This document shows, in pieces, positions 14,532 through 27,994 of a stretch of 64,000 nucleotides of DNA. The position numbers were made by a program, and so were the translations under genes. Origin of the DNA: Octopus vulgaris (Eukaryota); NCBI GenBank assembly GCA_951406725.2, contig OX597833.1, forward strand, positions 42,098,001 to 42,162,000, in the 5' to 3' direction. The notes under the pieces are model-generated. The model ran no database searches. It worked only from the letters and a program-made list of their open reading frames with translations, and was not told the DNA's origin. Numbering within the stretch: position 1 is the first letter of the stretch; the number at the start of each line of letters is the position of its first letter.

Positions 14532-15665
14532 AGTAACAGAAAAGGAGGAATTTTGATTATCCCCACATGGTGAGTTATAATATATATAAGAAATTAAAGA
14601 AGGGAAATGCACACACTTTACATAGTTTTAATATAATTTTTAATACATTGACCGGTTTTGCTTTCTTTTGCTATTCATGACATTAAAATTTAATTATTTA
14701 AATATGTATTTTATTAAGCAGAAATTTTTTTGGTTCATGTTGTGTGTGATAGTTTTGAGTTAATCATACAGTAGAAAAACTAGTGGGAGGTAATTGGTTA
14801 TCATTATTATTGTGGGCAGGGGTGATAACTATTCAGCTTTCAGTGGGGGTGAATATATAAACACAAAAATTCGAAAACTAGTTTAGAGGGGAGATGTATG
14901 TATAGTGATGTAATCGTGAATTAAGATATGTAAAGAGATCAAAGTTGGTTATGTCTGTATATTTAGATGCGTTCTGTATTTTTTTATGTATTGTTCTTTA
15001 TTTAGACATTCTTGTAGAGAAACTGTATCTTTGCACTACTAGAAGGGGAAGACTGTGAAATTTGGTTTGATGTTACCTGCACATTTCTATATGTGTTTAC
15101 TTCGAGGAATTTGTCTGTATTGCGGGAACCAGATCTGCTCTTTATGTAGAATGGTTCTCCATCTCAAAGTCATACCAGTCTGTCCAATATAGTGTTGTTC
15201 ACAACCCAAGCGTTCTCAGAGGCACAAGTGAACTGGTTGTAATTGCGAACCTCTCTCTTTATTTGAAAAAAAAATCCAAGCCTTCAAGTAGGTTGGGGCA
15301 TGTTCCACAGTTAGGGCGTCCGCATTTTTTAACCGCTGGTTTCGTGGTTGTTTTGTAAAGCTTCGCATTTGTTAGAAGTCTCTTTAGCAATTTGTGTTGC
15401 TTTTTTGCATTTGATGAGTTTATGCATTTTCAGAATGTTGTTCATTTATGGAACTCTAGTTAGTAAAGGGAGATTTTGCACAATAGTGTTGCATGCCTCA
15501 CTGTTTCTAGGGTTGTAGGTTAATATAAACAATAGTGTTTTGAGATGAGGTGTGGTGTTATGCTTTGTTGTCCTTAGTGCTTTTATGTCTAATTTCTTGG
15601 CAAGCTTAATTCCTTCATCTATAAGTGAGGGTGGATACCGTCTTTCAGTTAGCATTGTTTTGAGT
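14530..15665 (-). mobile_element. Penelope-like element remnant (RT thumb/linker plus GIY-YIG endonuclease and pLTR)
   Basis: Broken frames give RRYPPSLIDEGI...TYNP, KKCGRPNCGTCP and GCEQHYIGQTGMTL, followed 3' by an HHR-bearing terminus. Confidence 0.85.
14643..14684 (-). ncRNA. decayed minimal hammerhead motif (A3:U8 type) 3' of the Penelope ORF remnant
   Basis: Minus strand ATGTC-ATGAATA-GC AAAAGAAA GC-AAAA-CCGG-TC-AATGTA; it and its downstream flank are homologous to 54157-54230. Confidence 0.5.
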
Positions 15666-16192
15666 GTAGTGGGTGCTTTTACGTACCACCGGCACGAAGA
15701 CCAGTCAGGTGGCTCTGGCAACGACTGTGCTCAAAAGGTGTTTTTTATGTGCTACCTGCATGGGAGTCAGTCCAGAGGTACTTATGAGAGACAGACCATA
15801 ACCCGTGGCCTCTACATGGGATGTAGCCAGTCCACTTATGCATACCTTTCCTTCTTGGGACACAAAACTCTACTTGTGAAGACCTGTTGAGGCAAGTGAA
15901 AATCAAACTTGAAATTGATGAACATCAATGGAAATTGCAGCTGTAATACCAGTGCCGGTGGTATGTAAGAGAACCATCCGAACGTGGCTGTTGCCAGTGC
16001 CGCTCCGACTGGCCTCGTGCCGGTGGCACGTAAAAAGCACCATCCAGCCATAGAAACATTGCCAGATCAGACTGGGCCTGGTGCAGCCTTCTGGCTTCCC
16101 AGACCCCAGTTGAACCATCCAACCCATGCTAGCATGGGAAGCGGACGCTAAACAATGATGATGATGATATATATATATATATATATATAAAT

Positions 16193-16310
16193 TACCTTCT
16201 GACTGCCACTCATGCTAGTGGACCGCCTGATTCGCACTCATGCCAGTGGAACCACCTGATTGCCACTCATGCCAGTTGAACCACCTGATTGCCACTCATG
16301 CCAGTGGAAC
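16193..16310. repeat. 29-bp minisatellite, ~4 copies
   Basis: Unit ACCACCTGATTGCCACTCATGCCAGTGGA. Confidence 0.8.
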
Positions 16311-16775
16311 ATTAAAAGCACATCCAAGGATGAGCGTTGCCAGAGCGCCGGATTGGCTCCCGTGCCAGTGGCACGTGAAAATTACCATTTGAGTGTGATA
16401 GTTGCCAGCGTCGCTTTACTGGCACGTGAAAAACAACATCAAGCTGTAGAAACTTTGCCAGATCAGATTGAGCCTGGTGCAGACTCTGGCTCACCAGTCC
16501 TCAGTCAAACTGTCCAAACACATGCCAGCATGGAAAGCGGAAGTAAAACGAAGATGATGATGATAATATATATATATATACATATATATGTATATGTGTG
16601 TGTGTGTATATATATATCATCATCATCATCATCATCATCATTTAGCGTCCGTTCTCCATGCTAGCATGGGTTGGATGGTTCAACTGGGGTCTGTGAAGCT
16701 GGAAGGCTTCATCAGGCCCAGTCAGATCTGGCAGTGTTTCTACGGCTGGATGCCCTTCCTAATGCCAACCACTCC

Positions 16776-16823
<48 letters not shown>

Positions 16824-17085
16824 GTCTGTGTTTGTTGCTGTACACATTTGCTAGCTTTCTTACAAAAAATCTAATGCTCTTAGCTTAGACTGTCTTGGGG
16901 ACAACCAGATCAAATTGTCTCAAGTGTAACTGCCCTAAACAGTAAGGACTTCTGGTAACTTGACTGAAGAAACAAGGCCACAAATATAACATATATATAT
17001 ATGTAAATAAGTAACAAGGATATACAGGTGTCAATATATATATCATGCTTTTTCTCATTCTCTCTCTATGTATTTCCTCTTATTC

Positions 17086-17123
17086 CTTTCTGTTGAAGAG
17101 CATAGGCTCAAAATGCAAAAGAC
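17086..17123 (+). ncRNA. decayed minimal hammerhead motif
   Basis: CTTT-CTGTTGA-AGAGC ATAG GCTC-AAAATGCAAAAGAC; degenerate copy of the family at 30237-30278. Confidence 0.35.
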
Positions 17124-18394
17124 TTTTCCATTTTCCCCAAGTGTCAAACTAATACACCTGCTTGTTGTTCCTACACATGCCTTTGTTTTTGTTTATATAT
17201 ATATATCATCATCATCATCATCATCATTGTCATTTAATGTCGGTTTTCCATGCTGGCATGTGTTGGATGGCTTGACAGGAGCCGTTGAGGCCAGGGGTTG
17301 CGCCCGGCTCCATTGTCTGTTTTGCTTTGGTTTCTACAGCTGGATATCCTTCCTAATGCCAACCACTTTACAGAGTGTGCTGGGTGTCTTTTACATGGCA
17401 CCATCACCAGTACTTTTTATGTGACACCAATACTAATGCTTTTTATGTGGCATCTTGATTTTTAGGATGTGTCAGTGTGTGTGTGTAGGCATGGTCATGT
17501 AGTTAAGAATGCTTTCCAACTATGTGGTTTTGGATACAGTCCCACTACATAACACCGTAGACAAGTATAAATTTTTATAGTCACAAGCCAACTAAAGCCA
17601 TGTGAGTGGATTTGGTGCATGGAAACTGAAAGAAGCCCATCATCATCATCATCACCACCTGTCATCATCATTTTAACAGTCACTTTTCCATGCTTTTCTA
17701 TGATCAGATATCCTTCCTATTGCCAACCCTCACCTGTTTCCAAGCCAAGTTATATTTCTCCTCACACAAGTTTTTGCAGACTATTGGAAATGAACAACAC
17801 TGCTTGTACAACAGTGATACTCATTTACAACTACCATTTGATGTCAAGACATAAACATACACACACTCACATGCACACCACACATGCGTGCACGCACAAC
17901 CAATGACCTTCTTTCTGTTTCTTTTCTACCAAATCCACTCACAAAGCTTTCGTTGATCCATGGCTATAGCAGAAGACATTTGCCTAAGGTGCCATGCAGT
18001 GGGACTGAATCTAAAATTGTGGGGTTGGGAAGGAAACTTCTTAATTACATAGCCATGCCAGCACTTTATAGATATGCATGTATATGAATGAGTGTGCAAG
18101 TGTGTCTGTTTGCCAAAACAGACATTGAAGCACAATGCAGTCCACAGACTCGATACTGTCAACCTGTCCTACCTATGCAGGATGGAAGACAGATTTTAAA
18201 AGATGATAACTATATTATATATAAATTTACACACAAACACACATAGTGAAGTCACATTCAATTTGATCTTCACAATTTGACTCTGCTCTTAGTATAGTCA
18301 CACCAGCAGTAAATGTTCTGCTATTCTTTAACTGGCTTTAAAATAATCTTATTTTAACACACACACACTCATACATACACACACACACACACAC

Positions 18395-19690
18395 ACATAC
18401 AAACTCTCTTAAAATGGTGAGGTTAAATATAACTGATGTTCATTCAACCTTGACTTATTTAGGTTGAACAGAAAGTGATGAGAGTTTAGCCGCTTTGATA
18501 GGTGTGACGTAATAGCAATGATGAGAGGAGAGGTGGTACAGTGTAGGGGTTTTACAAGGGTAGTACACATCATGCTAATTCAGAGGAGCAGAAACTACTG
18601 TAATAGTGAAAGAGCTGACAGACAAAAAAAAAATCATATCATTCAAATCAGTGTTTAAGTGTGTTGGCAAGTCTTTGCTTTTACTGGAAATGAGAACACA
18701 TGCAATGAGTGCCCATGTTTATAGAGACCAAATCAGACACTCAGGTCCAATAGAATTATTGTACAAAGTATGGAAAAGGACAACCAACTCCTGTAAGAAT
18801 CTGTGCCTGGCATAAAAAGTTCATGGTAACAGAAAGCATCCTACAAAAAACAGGGGCTGGATGACCGAGAACATCAGTAGATGTTGAGCAGATTCAAGCA
18901 TAGTCCTAAGTCCATTCCTACTGCAAGTAGACAGTTAAGTTTACCACGGTCAAATTTTGCACAAGAACTCCAGGCTTTATGCTTATAAAATGCAACTTTT
19001 GCAAGCACTTCAGCCAGATGACAAACCCCAAGGGAAAACAATTTGCAGTGGACATGTTAGCTTGATAAGATGAAGACTTCCTTCGAATGATTTGTTCCAG
19101 TGAAGAAGCAACATGTGACTAATAAATAAGTACAACATCAGGAGCTGGAGTTTGGAAAAACCACATGAATCAAGAGAATTGAAGAGAAACAGGCCGAAAG
19201 TTAATGTTTGGTGTGGCCTCATGTTTGAGTGAGTAATTGGCCCACTTTTCTTTGCAGAAGAAATGATTACTTCCAACATTTACCCTGATCCTTTACAAGA
19301 ATTTGTTGTAACACAGTTGCACTACTTGCAACCAATGTGTGCTGTCCCATTGGAGATTGAGTGTTTGAGGGTTTCTCAATGAAACTTTTCCAAACTGGTG
19401 GATTGGAAGAGGCAGTCCAGTTCCCTGACTACCTAGACGACCAGATATAACCCCTCTGGACTTCTTATGAGCTACATTAAAGACAGAGTCTATTATGCAA
19501 AAGTTCAAGATCTCAATGATCTCAAGAAAAAACACACCAAGCCATAACCAACATTGCTGAAGGGATGCTCCAATGCACATCGTCAGAACTTGAACATTGT
19601 TTAGATGCTTTACAATAAACTCTAAGTTATACTTATTTTTCATTGGTTTCTGAATTTTTGAAATTGTAAAGATAATTTATGGACACCCAA
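18395..19690 (+). mobile_element. decayed mariner-superfamily element (DDxD type)
   Basis: Fragments PKVNVWCGL, IGPLFF, NETFPNWWIGRGSP, PDITPLDF and IKDRVY, with many frameshifts. Confidence 0.75.
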
Positions 19691-20407
19691 TATTTATGTA
19701 CACACACATGTATTTTTGTGTGTGCTATGACTGTGTCTTGATGTTGAACATTAGCAAGTTGTAATGTAGATGTAATAATGAATTGTGGGTTTGCTAAGGC
19801 ACCACAAACTCTACTGATGGTGTAGGAATTGTTTGTACACTTGAACTAGCTTTCATAACTGACATATACAATGTTAATAACAAAAACACATCCTACATTC
19901 CATCATACAAACCTGTGTTAATTCTACACCATTACATGTATTTTACTTGATTCATAGTCACCTGATTGTTTTATAGTCACTGTGTATATAATTAATATCT
20001 TGTTGGTTTGATCATGGCTTGACAGCCTAACACCCAACTGACAGTCATTTGTGTATCCCAATTAAATTCATGCCTATATACATATATTATATTTATTTCA
20101 CTACACTCTCAGAGTGGTTGGCGTTAGGAAGGGCATCCAGCTGTAGAAACTCTGCCAGATCAAGACTGGAGCTTGGTGCAGCTATCTGGTTCGCCAGCCC
20201 CCAGTCAAACCGTAGCATGGAAAGCGGACGTTAAACGACGATGATGATATTTCACTCTGTGAAAGTTTCTAGTTCGAATCACACATGTCTCGAGATGTGC
20301 TGAAGATTTTCTATTTTGGATATATTTGAGGTACTTAGGTCTGCTCAGGACTTAGTGCTTGCTTTTTCCATGGGTATGAGTAAGAATTTCATTTATGTCT
20401 TACCTAT

Positions 20408-20468
20408 TTATCGCTGAGGAGGAGAAAATTCTTATGAATTAACTCTGAAATTGGGACCAATACAGTAA
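20408..20468 (+). ncRNA. type I hammerhead ribozyme motif
   Basis: TTATCG-CTGAGGA-[GGAG AA AATTC TTAT GAATT AA CTCT]-GAAA-TTGG GA CCAA-TA-CAGTAA; intact core, imperfect stem I. Confidence 0.6.
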
Positions 20469-20609
20469 TAACGGAATTTTTTTAGAAATTTCTATCGGTT
20501 TGTTTCAAGACGCATGTTAATTGTGATAAATTATAATGGTTATTGACAATTTGTCTATTTTCGGTATATTTAGCATTAGAATTTTTTTCTTTTGCCCTTA
20601 TTTTATAAG

Positions 20610-20662
<53 letters not shown>

Positions 20663-20686
20663 TATGTAAATCAACAAGTAACTTAC

Positions 20687-20941
20687 CTGTGATAAACACG
20701 CCTTTAAGAGCTTCCAATAATGAGCCATTAATATAATCTCGCCAGAATGCATCCAAATAAGTGAGTTCTGAGAATTTTATATCACAAATAATGGAACCGA
20801 GGTCCCGAGATTTAAGGATTGTGTTGGCCTGGGCAAATTTTTCAAACTGCCTTTCAAGTAACTCAGGTTTATTTGAGAAGACATTGCCTTCAAGCACATT
20901 TTCATGATGGCAGTACTCAGCACGGACTCTCAACCGAATAT
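20687..20941 (-). CDS. DEDD: DEDD coding exon 3
   Basis: ttttcag| acceptor and G|gtaagt donor; 255 nt. DIRLRVRAEYC...ANTILKSRDLGSIICDIKFSELTYLDAFWRDYINGSLLEALKGVFIT is the highly conserved DEDD C-terminal region. Confidence 0.96.
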
Positions 20942-22584
20942 CTGAAAAAGAGAATTAGTCAACAGTATGTTTACTTCACTCCACCAAACTCAATACAACT
21001 GAAATACAATAAACAAATTATTATCAAACACTACAGTAGCTCCAGCCTGACCAAAGTCTTGTGAGTGAATTTGGTAGAAGGAAACTGAATGAAGCCCATC
21101 GTTTGTGTGTGTTTTACTGTCTTCTTACCTTGACATTGTGTGATGCTTGTAAATGAGTATCACTCATGTGTCCTGTATTTTCTGTGTCGTTATGGAAAAA
21201 TAGTACCTAGTCAGGGAACAGATGAGGGTTGGTAAAAAGAAGGGCAACCGGCCACAGAAAATCCACCTCAAAATATTCCGTTTGCCTCATGTGAGCATGG
21301 AAAAGGGGATGTTAAACCAATGATGATGATGATGACTATAGTATCAAATGGTTTGGTATTCACTGACCATATCTACCAATGCTTTATTATATAAATGCGC
21401 TCATGCCAGGTTTGATCTCACAAACCTGCAGTACCATGGCCTGAGTTCTCTTTGATTGCAAAGCCAATACCACCCTCTCACTTTTCATCTGTCAGTTTAC
21501 CAAAAGAAGATAAAGTGATATCCCAGCCATTTAAATTAGCTGGCCTTCACATGACAATTGTGTCTCAGAAAGAGCAATAATACAGATCAAATAATTCACA
21601 TATTCAATTCTAACACAAATACATATATATATACAACAGAATTTGGAAGTGTCAATAAGTTTGGTTGACATGACAAATGAAAAAGTCTATGTCCTCTGAC
21701 ACATACACAAACATAACAGATATGGGGCACCTGATGAGGAACAGAAATCAAATCATTCATAATGTTATGAAAGTCAACTCATGACTGAGTAAGACTGCTT
21801 CTTAAAATCAGTAAGTTCTAAGAGTACAAGAAATTCATGTACAGGAATTTGTCTTGAGTGGGTGAAGTGTTGCACAGTACTGAGCCCACTTTTCAACTTT
21901 TCAATGCAATCAGCTATAAAACCAGTGGCACAACAAAGGTTGAGATGACAAGAAATTAACTGCATTTCAAGGTTTTTTTAATACAAATTTACTTTCTCCA
22001 AGATGAAAGTCCTAACAAGAAATCGGGGACCTTCATTCCCAGTGCTTCACATGCTAGCTAACCCATAGCTGGGACCCTAACAGGTGCTACTATTCAGGGT
22101 AGATTATACCTAGGAAAAATAGTGGCTAAGAGGTGGTTCCCCACTCCTCAAAACCCTAGAACTCAGAGTCCCACTTATGGATGCTGTTTCAAATCTTACC
22201 TATTCATAATGTAGTGTTTCTATAGAAGCAGTCACGATGAAGTTTACAATAACACAGTAACTGTTTGGTATAAAGATAGAAATATCTAAAAATAATTACA
22301 TCATTGTGTTATACAGCAGTGACAAGGCTTAGAGTTTCTCTACAGTTTTTTTTCATCATACAATAAGTATCACAAATACTGTGATAACTCAACACATTAG
22401 ACAGTGTTTGACCACATCATATATTAAGGACAGTGCAATTATATCCCAATACAATTGTACCTATTGCTCTATACTATATAAAGACAGCACTCTAGACACC
22501 CACCATTGCCATACACAACTGTCAGTCTGTACCACACACTACATATGTTGCAACAGGTGAAAAGAGATAGCAAACAGCACTCAC

Positions 22585-22830
22585 CGCAAGTTACTTTCTT
22601 TTTAATGTCATCCGAATCCTGTGATTTGTTCATGTCACTATCTTGTGATATCCGGGTTTTTGATTTACGGTTGCTACGGCCAGCACGAGATTTTCTTGGT
22701 CTTTTGGCTGGGGTCCCAGTTACAGTGGCAGTTGAGCCTTTTGTGGTTGAAGACAAGGAAGAGTCGATGGGTCTCTTCTGGCCATTACGAGAGGTTTCTT
22801 CAAGGTATTCATCAACAGGATCAGGTGTAA
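22585..22830 (-). CDS. DEDD: DEDD coding exon 2
   Basis: tcttttacag| acceptor and G|gtgag donor; 246 nt, phase 1-1. Encodes (V)TPDPVDEYLEETSR...PAKRPRKSR...KKKVTC, like DEDD VCPDLVDKYLEETS, with basic NLS-like clusters. Confidence 0.92.
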
Positions 22831-22987
22831 CTGTAAAAGAAACTCCCCATTAGAAATGTCAACACTAAATACATAAGTCAAACTACTGGCCTCAACTGTA
22901 GACATGATAAACTTTTTAATATGTACATGGACACAATGAGAAGAGGATTCAAAGCAAAAGCGCATTAGCCAGATATATATATATATA

Positions 22988-23505
22988 TCATCATCATCAT
23001 CATCGTTTAGCGTCCACCTTCCATGCTAACATGGGTTGGACGGTTCAACTGGGGTCTGGGAAGCCAGAAGGCTGCACCAGGCCCAGTCTGATCTGGCAGT
23101 GTTTCTACAGCTGGATGCCCTTCCTAACACCAACCACTCCGTGAGTGTAATGGGTGCTTTTTACGTGCCAGACGAGGCTGGCAAACGGCCACGATCGAAT
23201 GGTGCTTTTTACGTGCCACCGGCACGGAGGCGAGGCGAGGCTGGCAACGGCTACGATCGGATGGTGCTTTTTTCGTGCCACTGGCATAGAAGCCAGTCAG
23301 GGCGGCGCTGGCAACGGCCACGTTCGGATGGTTCTCTTACGTGCCACTGGCACTGGTATCACAGCTACAATTTCCATTGATGTTGATCGATTTTGATTTT
23401 GATTCTGATTCTCACTTGCCTCAACAGGTCTTCACAAGTAGAGTTTTGTGTCCCAAGAAGGAAAGGTATGCATAAGTGGACTGGGTACATCCCAGGTAGA
23501 GGCCT
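22988..23505 (-). mobile_element. SINE-like retroposon family C with (ATG)n tail and internal tandem modules
   Basis: Family consensus GGTTGGCGTTAGGAAGGGCATCCAGCTGTAGAAAC...CCAACCCATGCTAGCATGGAAAGCGGACG...(GAT)n. Copies at ~4120, 7540, 8332, 15790-16168, 16310-16565, 16617-16776, 17207, 20100, 28575, 31830, 41190 and 41820-42215. Confidence 0.85.
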
Positions 23506-24406
23506 GTATGTATGTATATGTGAGTGTGTGTGTATACCTTTATGTTTGCCACTCCCATTACTGCTTGACAACTGGTATTGGTGTGTTTATGTTCCCATAA
23601 CTTAGTGATTCAGCAAAAGGAAATGATAGAATAAATACTAGGTTTCAAAAAATAAGTCCTGGGGTTCGATTAAAACCCTTCAAAGTAGTGCTTCAGCATG
23701 GCCATAGTCAAATAACAAACAAATAAAAAATATATATGTATGCATACATATATGTTTTATATGTGTGTGTATATGTGTACAACAGCAATAACAATGAACA
23801 ATAATGCAAAATGCTTCAAGCCTATAATAAGCAAATAGGTTACAGGCTTACAGGCACAACTCCAGAACAAAAATAAATTCTTCACTAGCTGCCAGATAAA
23901 ATGATAACTCAATGAAAAATTACAAAACCAAAATAATGATTTGAATTCAAGGATTGCCAAATTAGTCTGCTTCTATTTACTTGTTAAAATTATCAATTTC
24001 CAGAAACATTATCCAACTGGATATATTTTGAACATAAAATTTGGACATGCATAAATGATAAGTGTGATATCATACATACAAATCCTAATTCTCCTGTAAT
24101 GCATAAATAGCATCTCCTATCACACTGCTTAGGCTTTCCTTGCTTTTCCCATCCATTTCCTAACACCATATTGAGCATGTTGTGACAGAAGATAAAACAA
24201 ATGCTAGAAAGTGAAGGGGCAATTTAGTTGCTTTCTATATTAGGAAGATAACATGGAGAGGATGGTTAGGCATCTACCATGGACAACTTAATGTTTCTAA
24301 AATTTAAAATATAGAATCACTTTTGATGTAAAATAGAAATAGAATTTCCATCCAAATATTTAATTAAAAAAATATTCAGCAAACTCTAAAATGTGTAGGG
24401 TCTATT

Positions 24407-24764
24407 GAGGGTTGGATTTAGGCCTAGTCAGGCTCCTATTTTGCTCATTCAAAACATTAGAGAATGAAGAGGGCCCTGTTAAATCTAGGTTCCCCAAAAC
24501 TTAAAAGAGCCTCAGTTCAATTTAACAGTTTTTTTTAAATTTAGAAGTGCCTAATAAATCAAGAGTGCTCAATAATTTTAAAAGTACTCTACTGGATTTT
24601 AAAAATTTAAACATAAAAATTACAAATTATTTATTTGATTACTGTAAATATATTATTTAATTTGTAATCCAAGCTTCAGGCTTCTCTGAATTAAAGGAAA
24701 CTTCCCAAAACAAGAACGCTCCTGGGCCATAGTCCATATTGGCTTATACATAAATCTAGCCCTG
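24407..24764. mobile_element. old hAT-type MITE
   Basis: GAGGGTTGGATTTA...TAAATCTAGCCCTG TIRs; 8-bp flanks GGTCTATT / GGGCTATT (7/8 identical). Confidence 0.65.
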
Positions 24765-25149
24765 GGGCTATTTATATTCTGAAGATAAAAGTGAGTGTGT
24801 GTGCGGAAATTAAATCACAATATAGGTAGCAAATATTTTACATTCCTCCCTGCTGCTTCCATTTTAGATAGTGTGATATAATAAAATTCAGTCTATGGAG
24901 TTTGTTAGTACACTGAAAATCTAGAGAGGTATTTTCTTGTAAAACTCTTGCATGTGAGCAAGTTGATGTTGCATGAGGAACTGAAGATGTTGAAAATCAA
25001 AGTGATGAACATGAACCTCTGCTTGAAACTTTCATACACTATTTTGAAACCATGTGGATTGGGTCTGTATGATGTGGAAGACGTTAGCAACAAAGACCCA
25101 ATACAATCTTAGAATGCATATGAACACATACAAAATAATTTGCTACATA

Positions 25150-25320
25150 GGCACAGGAGTGGCTGTGTAGTAAGTAGCTTGCTTACCAACCACATGGTTC
25201 CGGGTTCAGTCCCACTGCGTGGCACCTTGGGTAAGTGTCTTCTACTATAGTCTCGGGCCAACTAAAGCCTTGTGAGTGGATTTGGTAGACAGAAACTGAA
25301 AGAAGCCTGTCATATATATG

Positions 25321-25373
<53 letters not shown>

Positions 25374-25590
25374 GTTTGTGTCTGTGTTTGTCCCCCCAAC
25401 ATCGCTTGATAACCGATGCTGGTGTGTTTACATCCCCGTAACTTAGTGGTTCGGCAAAAGAGACCGATAGAATAAGTACTAGGCTTACAAAGAATAAGTT
25501 CTGGGGTCGATATGCTCAACTAAAGGCGGTGCTCCAGCATGGCCACAGTCAAATGACTGAAACAAGTAAAAGAGTAAAAGAGTAAAGAGT
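25150..25590 (+). mobile_element. tRNA-derived SINE family B (CORE-like), full length
   Basis: GGAGTGGCTGTGT...GGTTCAGTCCC (A/B boxes), ACCTTGGGTAAGTG CORE-like motif, internal microsatellite, (AGTAAAAG)n tail. Confidence 0.85.
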
Positions 25591-25593
25591 ATA

Positions 25594-26103
25594 CCATAAA
25601 TCCTCAAGTATAGTCCGCCCTTGAGTATAATACGCAGGGGATTTTTAGGGGGTTATACCTCTGCAAAACCTAAACCTTGTGTATAATACAGACCCGTTCT
25701 CTAACTTGTGTCGTGCGTAATTAAGCCAGCAGCACCTAGTCGAACAAACACTTCCACGCATGCATAATACAATAATGATGATCTTAATTGTTATATGGGA
25801 ATGTAAATATGTTTGCAAATTGTTTTTGTTACATGTTATTCTATGTTCTGAATACTTTTATTTTAATAAATGTTGCTTACTGCAAGTTATAGATGATTCT
25901 TCATTGCTTTCAGGCTTAGCTTAAGTTATTTTCACGCCCGACATCACAAAATGCGTCTGAATAAACATTGCCAGACAGCAAATAGAAACTCAGACATTGT
26001 TTAGAAAATACTTTTCATTTTTAACCTCGTATATAGTACGCACTAAGGATTTTGACCTTAAAATTTTGGGAAAAAAGTGTGGATTATACTCGAAGATTTA
26101 CGG
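25594..26103. mobile_element. pogo/Tc1-type MITE
   Basis: TA-CCATAAATCCTCAAGTATAGTCC...GGATTATACTCGAAGATTTACGG-TA, with subterminal duplicated motifs. Confidence 0.8.
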
Positions 26104-26639
26104 TACTAATCATAGTGTTTAATAGTTGATAAAATGTTTTTTGAGTTTAAATTAAATTTTCAAATGGAAATTCTATTTTTGTTTAACATTGGAAATTATT
26201 CTACATTTAAAATTTTAAATTTAAAATCTATATTTGAAATTGTTCAATATGAAAAATTGTTTCAAGGTTCGATAAAAAATTTATGCCTTATGTCCATACA
26301 GACAAACATATCTACCCCAACTGAAATAGTGTAGAGCTCAACAGACTCAGAGGTAAAAGTCGTGGAAGCTGAAATAGCCCTGGCTGGTCATAGATTCAGT
26401 AAAGCTTATGACAGAAGGGAGGAGACAGAGAAAAATTGGGAGTTTCTACAGGAACCTGTTTCTATGTGACCTGTCACTGGTGCTATATCCCAGCTAACAG
26501 GTGTCATTGTGGCGAAATTGTAGACAGAGATATAAAAGCTAAGAGGATAGGCTTGGAACAACTGGAAGAAAAGGAGAGAACAAACCAAGTACCTTGAGAA
26601 GCTAGGTATCAAGTATGCTTAGCTTGTGAAGAAGCTAGC

Positions 26640-27270
26640 ATCCTGTAAGCATTTAGACAAGTTTCCAGTTTGAGGATAAATTCCTCTCTTACTTTTACTA
26701 ATGATGAAGGTTTTGCAGAGGTATCTGCACTGACATTCCTCTTCCAGCTATGCCATTAAAAAAAAAAAATCAGTAGTGGAGGTATGTGTTGCAAAAAACA
26801 AAGCCAGAGTAAAAACAGGAAGGATTAAGTACAGGAAGCTATTAAATCTGTTGGCACAAAGGGCTCCTCTCTTAAATACAGCAGACTGTATGATACTTTT
26901 GTATGAAGTGTGATATTGGGGGAGCTGGGTATGGAGAATATGTGAAAACTGAAAAGAAATAAGGTGGGTATGTTCTGCATATTTGTAATGTCAGCATTCA
27001 TGAATGATGGAACACAAATTAACTGAGAAAAACTGTGGATTAAAAGTATGAGTTGTAATGTGCAAGAAATGTATGAAGATTGATCACTGAGTGAAAACTA
27101 TCTTAAACAAAGTAAGTAGAAAGAGCCTACAGAAGAGGAAAAGCAAAGAAAACTTCAAAAATGGTGAAGTCTGATCTCAGGATGCTGGACCTCACAAAAG
27201 AGATAAGGGATCATAAAATGGTGAGACCTGTCCAACCCATGACAGAATATGAAAGTAGGTGTAAAAATGA
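26640..27270 (+). mobile_element. decayed RTE-type LINE 3' fragment
   Basis: Degenerate similarity to the 32440-34270 element; a related fragment lies at ~59560-59920. Confidence 0.55.
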
Positions 27271-27994
27271 TAATTCAAGCAATCTATCAGCAATTCTAGT
27301 GCTTAGAAAGACAAAAAGACAGATTTCTGAAATAATACATGTAATTTTCTAATCAGGTAAAATTCTATGAGAGAAACAGTTTAGAAGTTTCTCCACAAAG
27401 TTCCACACGTGTTAAGTGCTCAAGTGTGCGTTCTGTCAAACTACATAGACTTTTGAACTTAGACTTAGGATTTGCTCTTTATGGATTTCTTTTCATGAAG
27501 ATCAAAAAGGGTAAATTATTTTAAGGGAAAGATAGTGTCAAATGAACTAATGTCTATACATTACTGGTACTTATTTTATCAGTAAAGAGCCAAGAAGAAT
27601 AGTTTTCTGCAGTTAGTATCACGATAAAAAAAACCTCAAAGAATATTCAAGTCTAAATTTTAAAATGTCACTGATCATGTTAATTATGACCATTTACATA
27701 ACTTAAGTTTTGGCAACATGGTATGGAACTATACAAGAGTCTCTCCAATTTATTCTGATCGTTGTCATTTTTATTGTTTCTATCAAGGAGTGGTACAGCC
27801 TCCTTTCGAATTTTCCACAATACATAAGAAAGCAACACAAAGAGGTGTAAATAATCAAATGATAAGCAAACTATGATAGCCTCAAGTATGTTGAGAAGAT
27901 AATTTATTATAAAGAAAAAAACTATAAATAGGATTATATTGATCTGTAGCTGTTTGGATGGTTTACAAGATCAGCTAAGTGGTGTTGGGATAGG

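Noticed and set aside
21731-21755. CTGATGA...GAAA as a hammerhead
   Set aside because: No stem I, II or III pairing.
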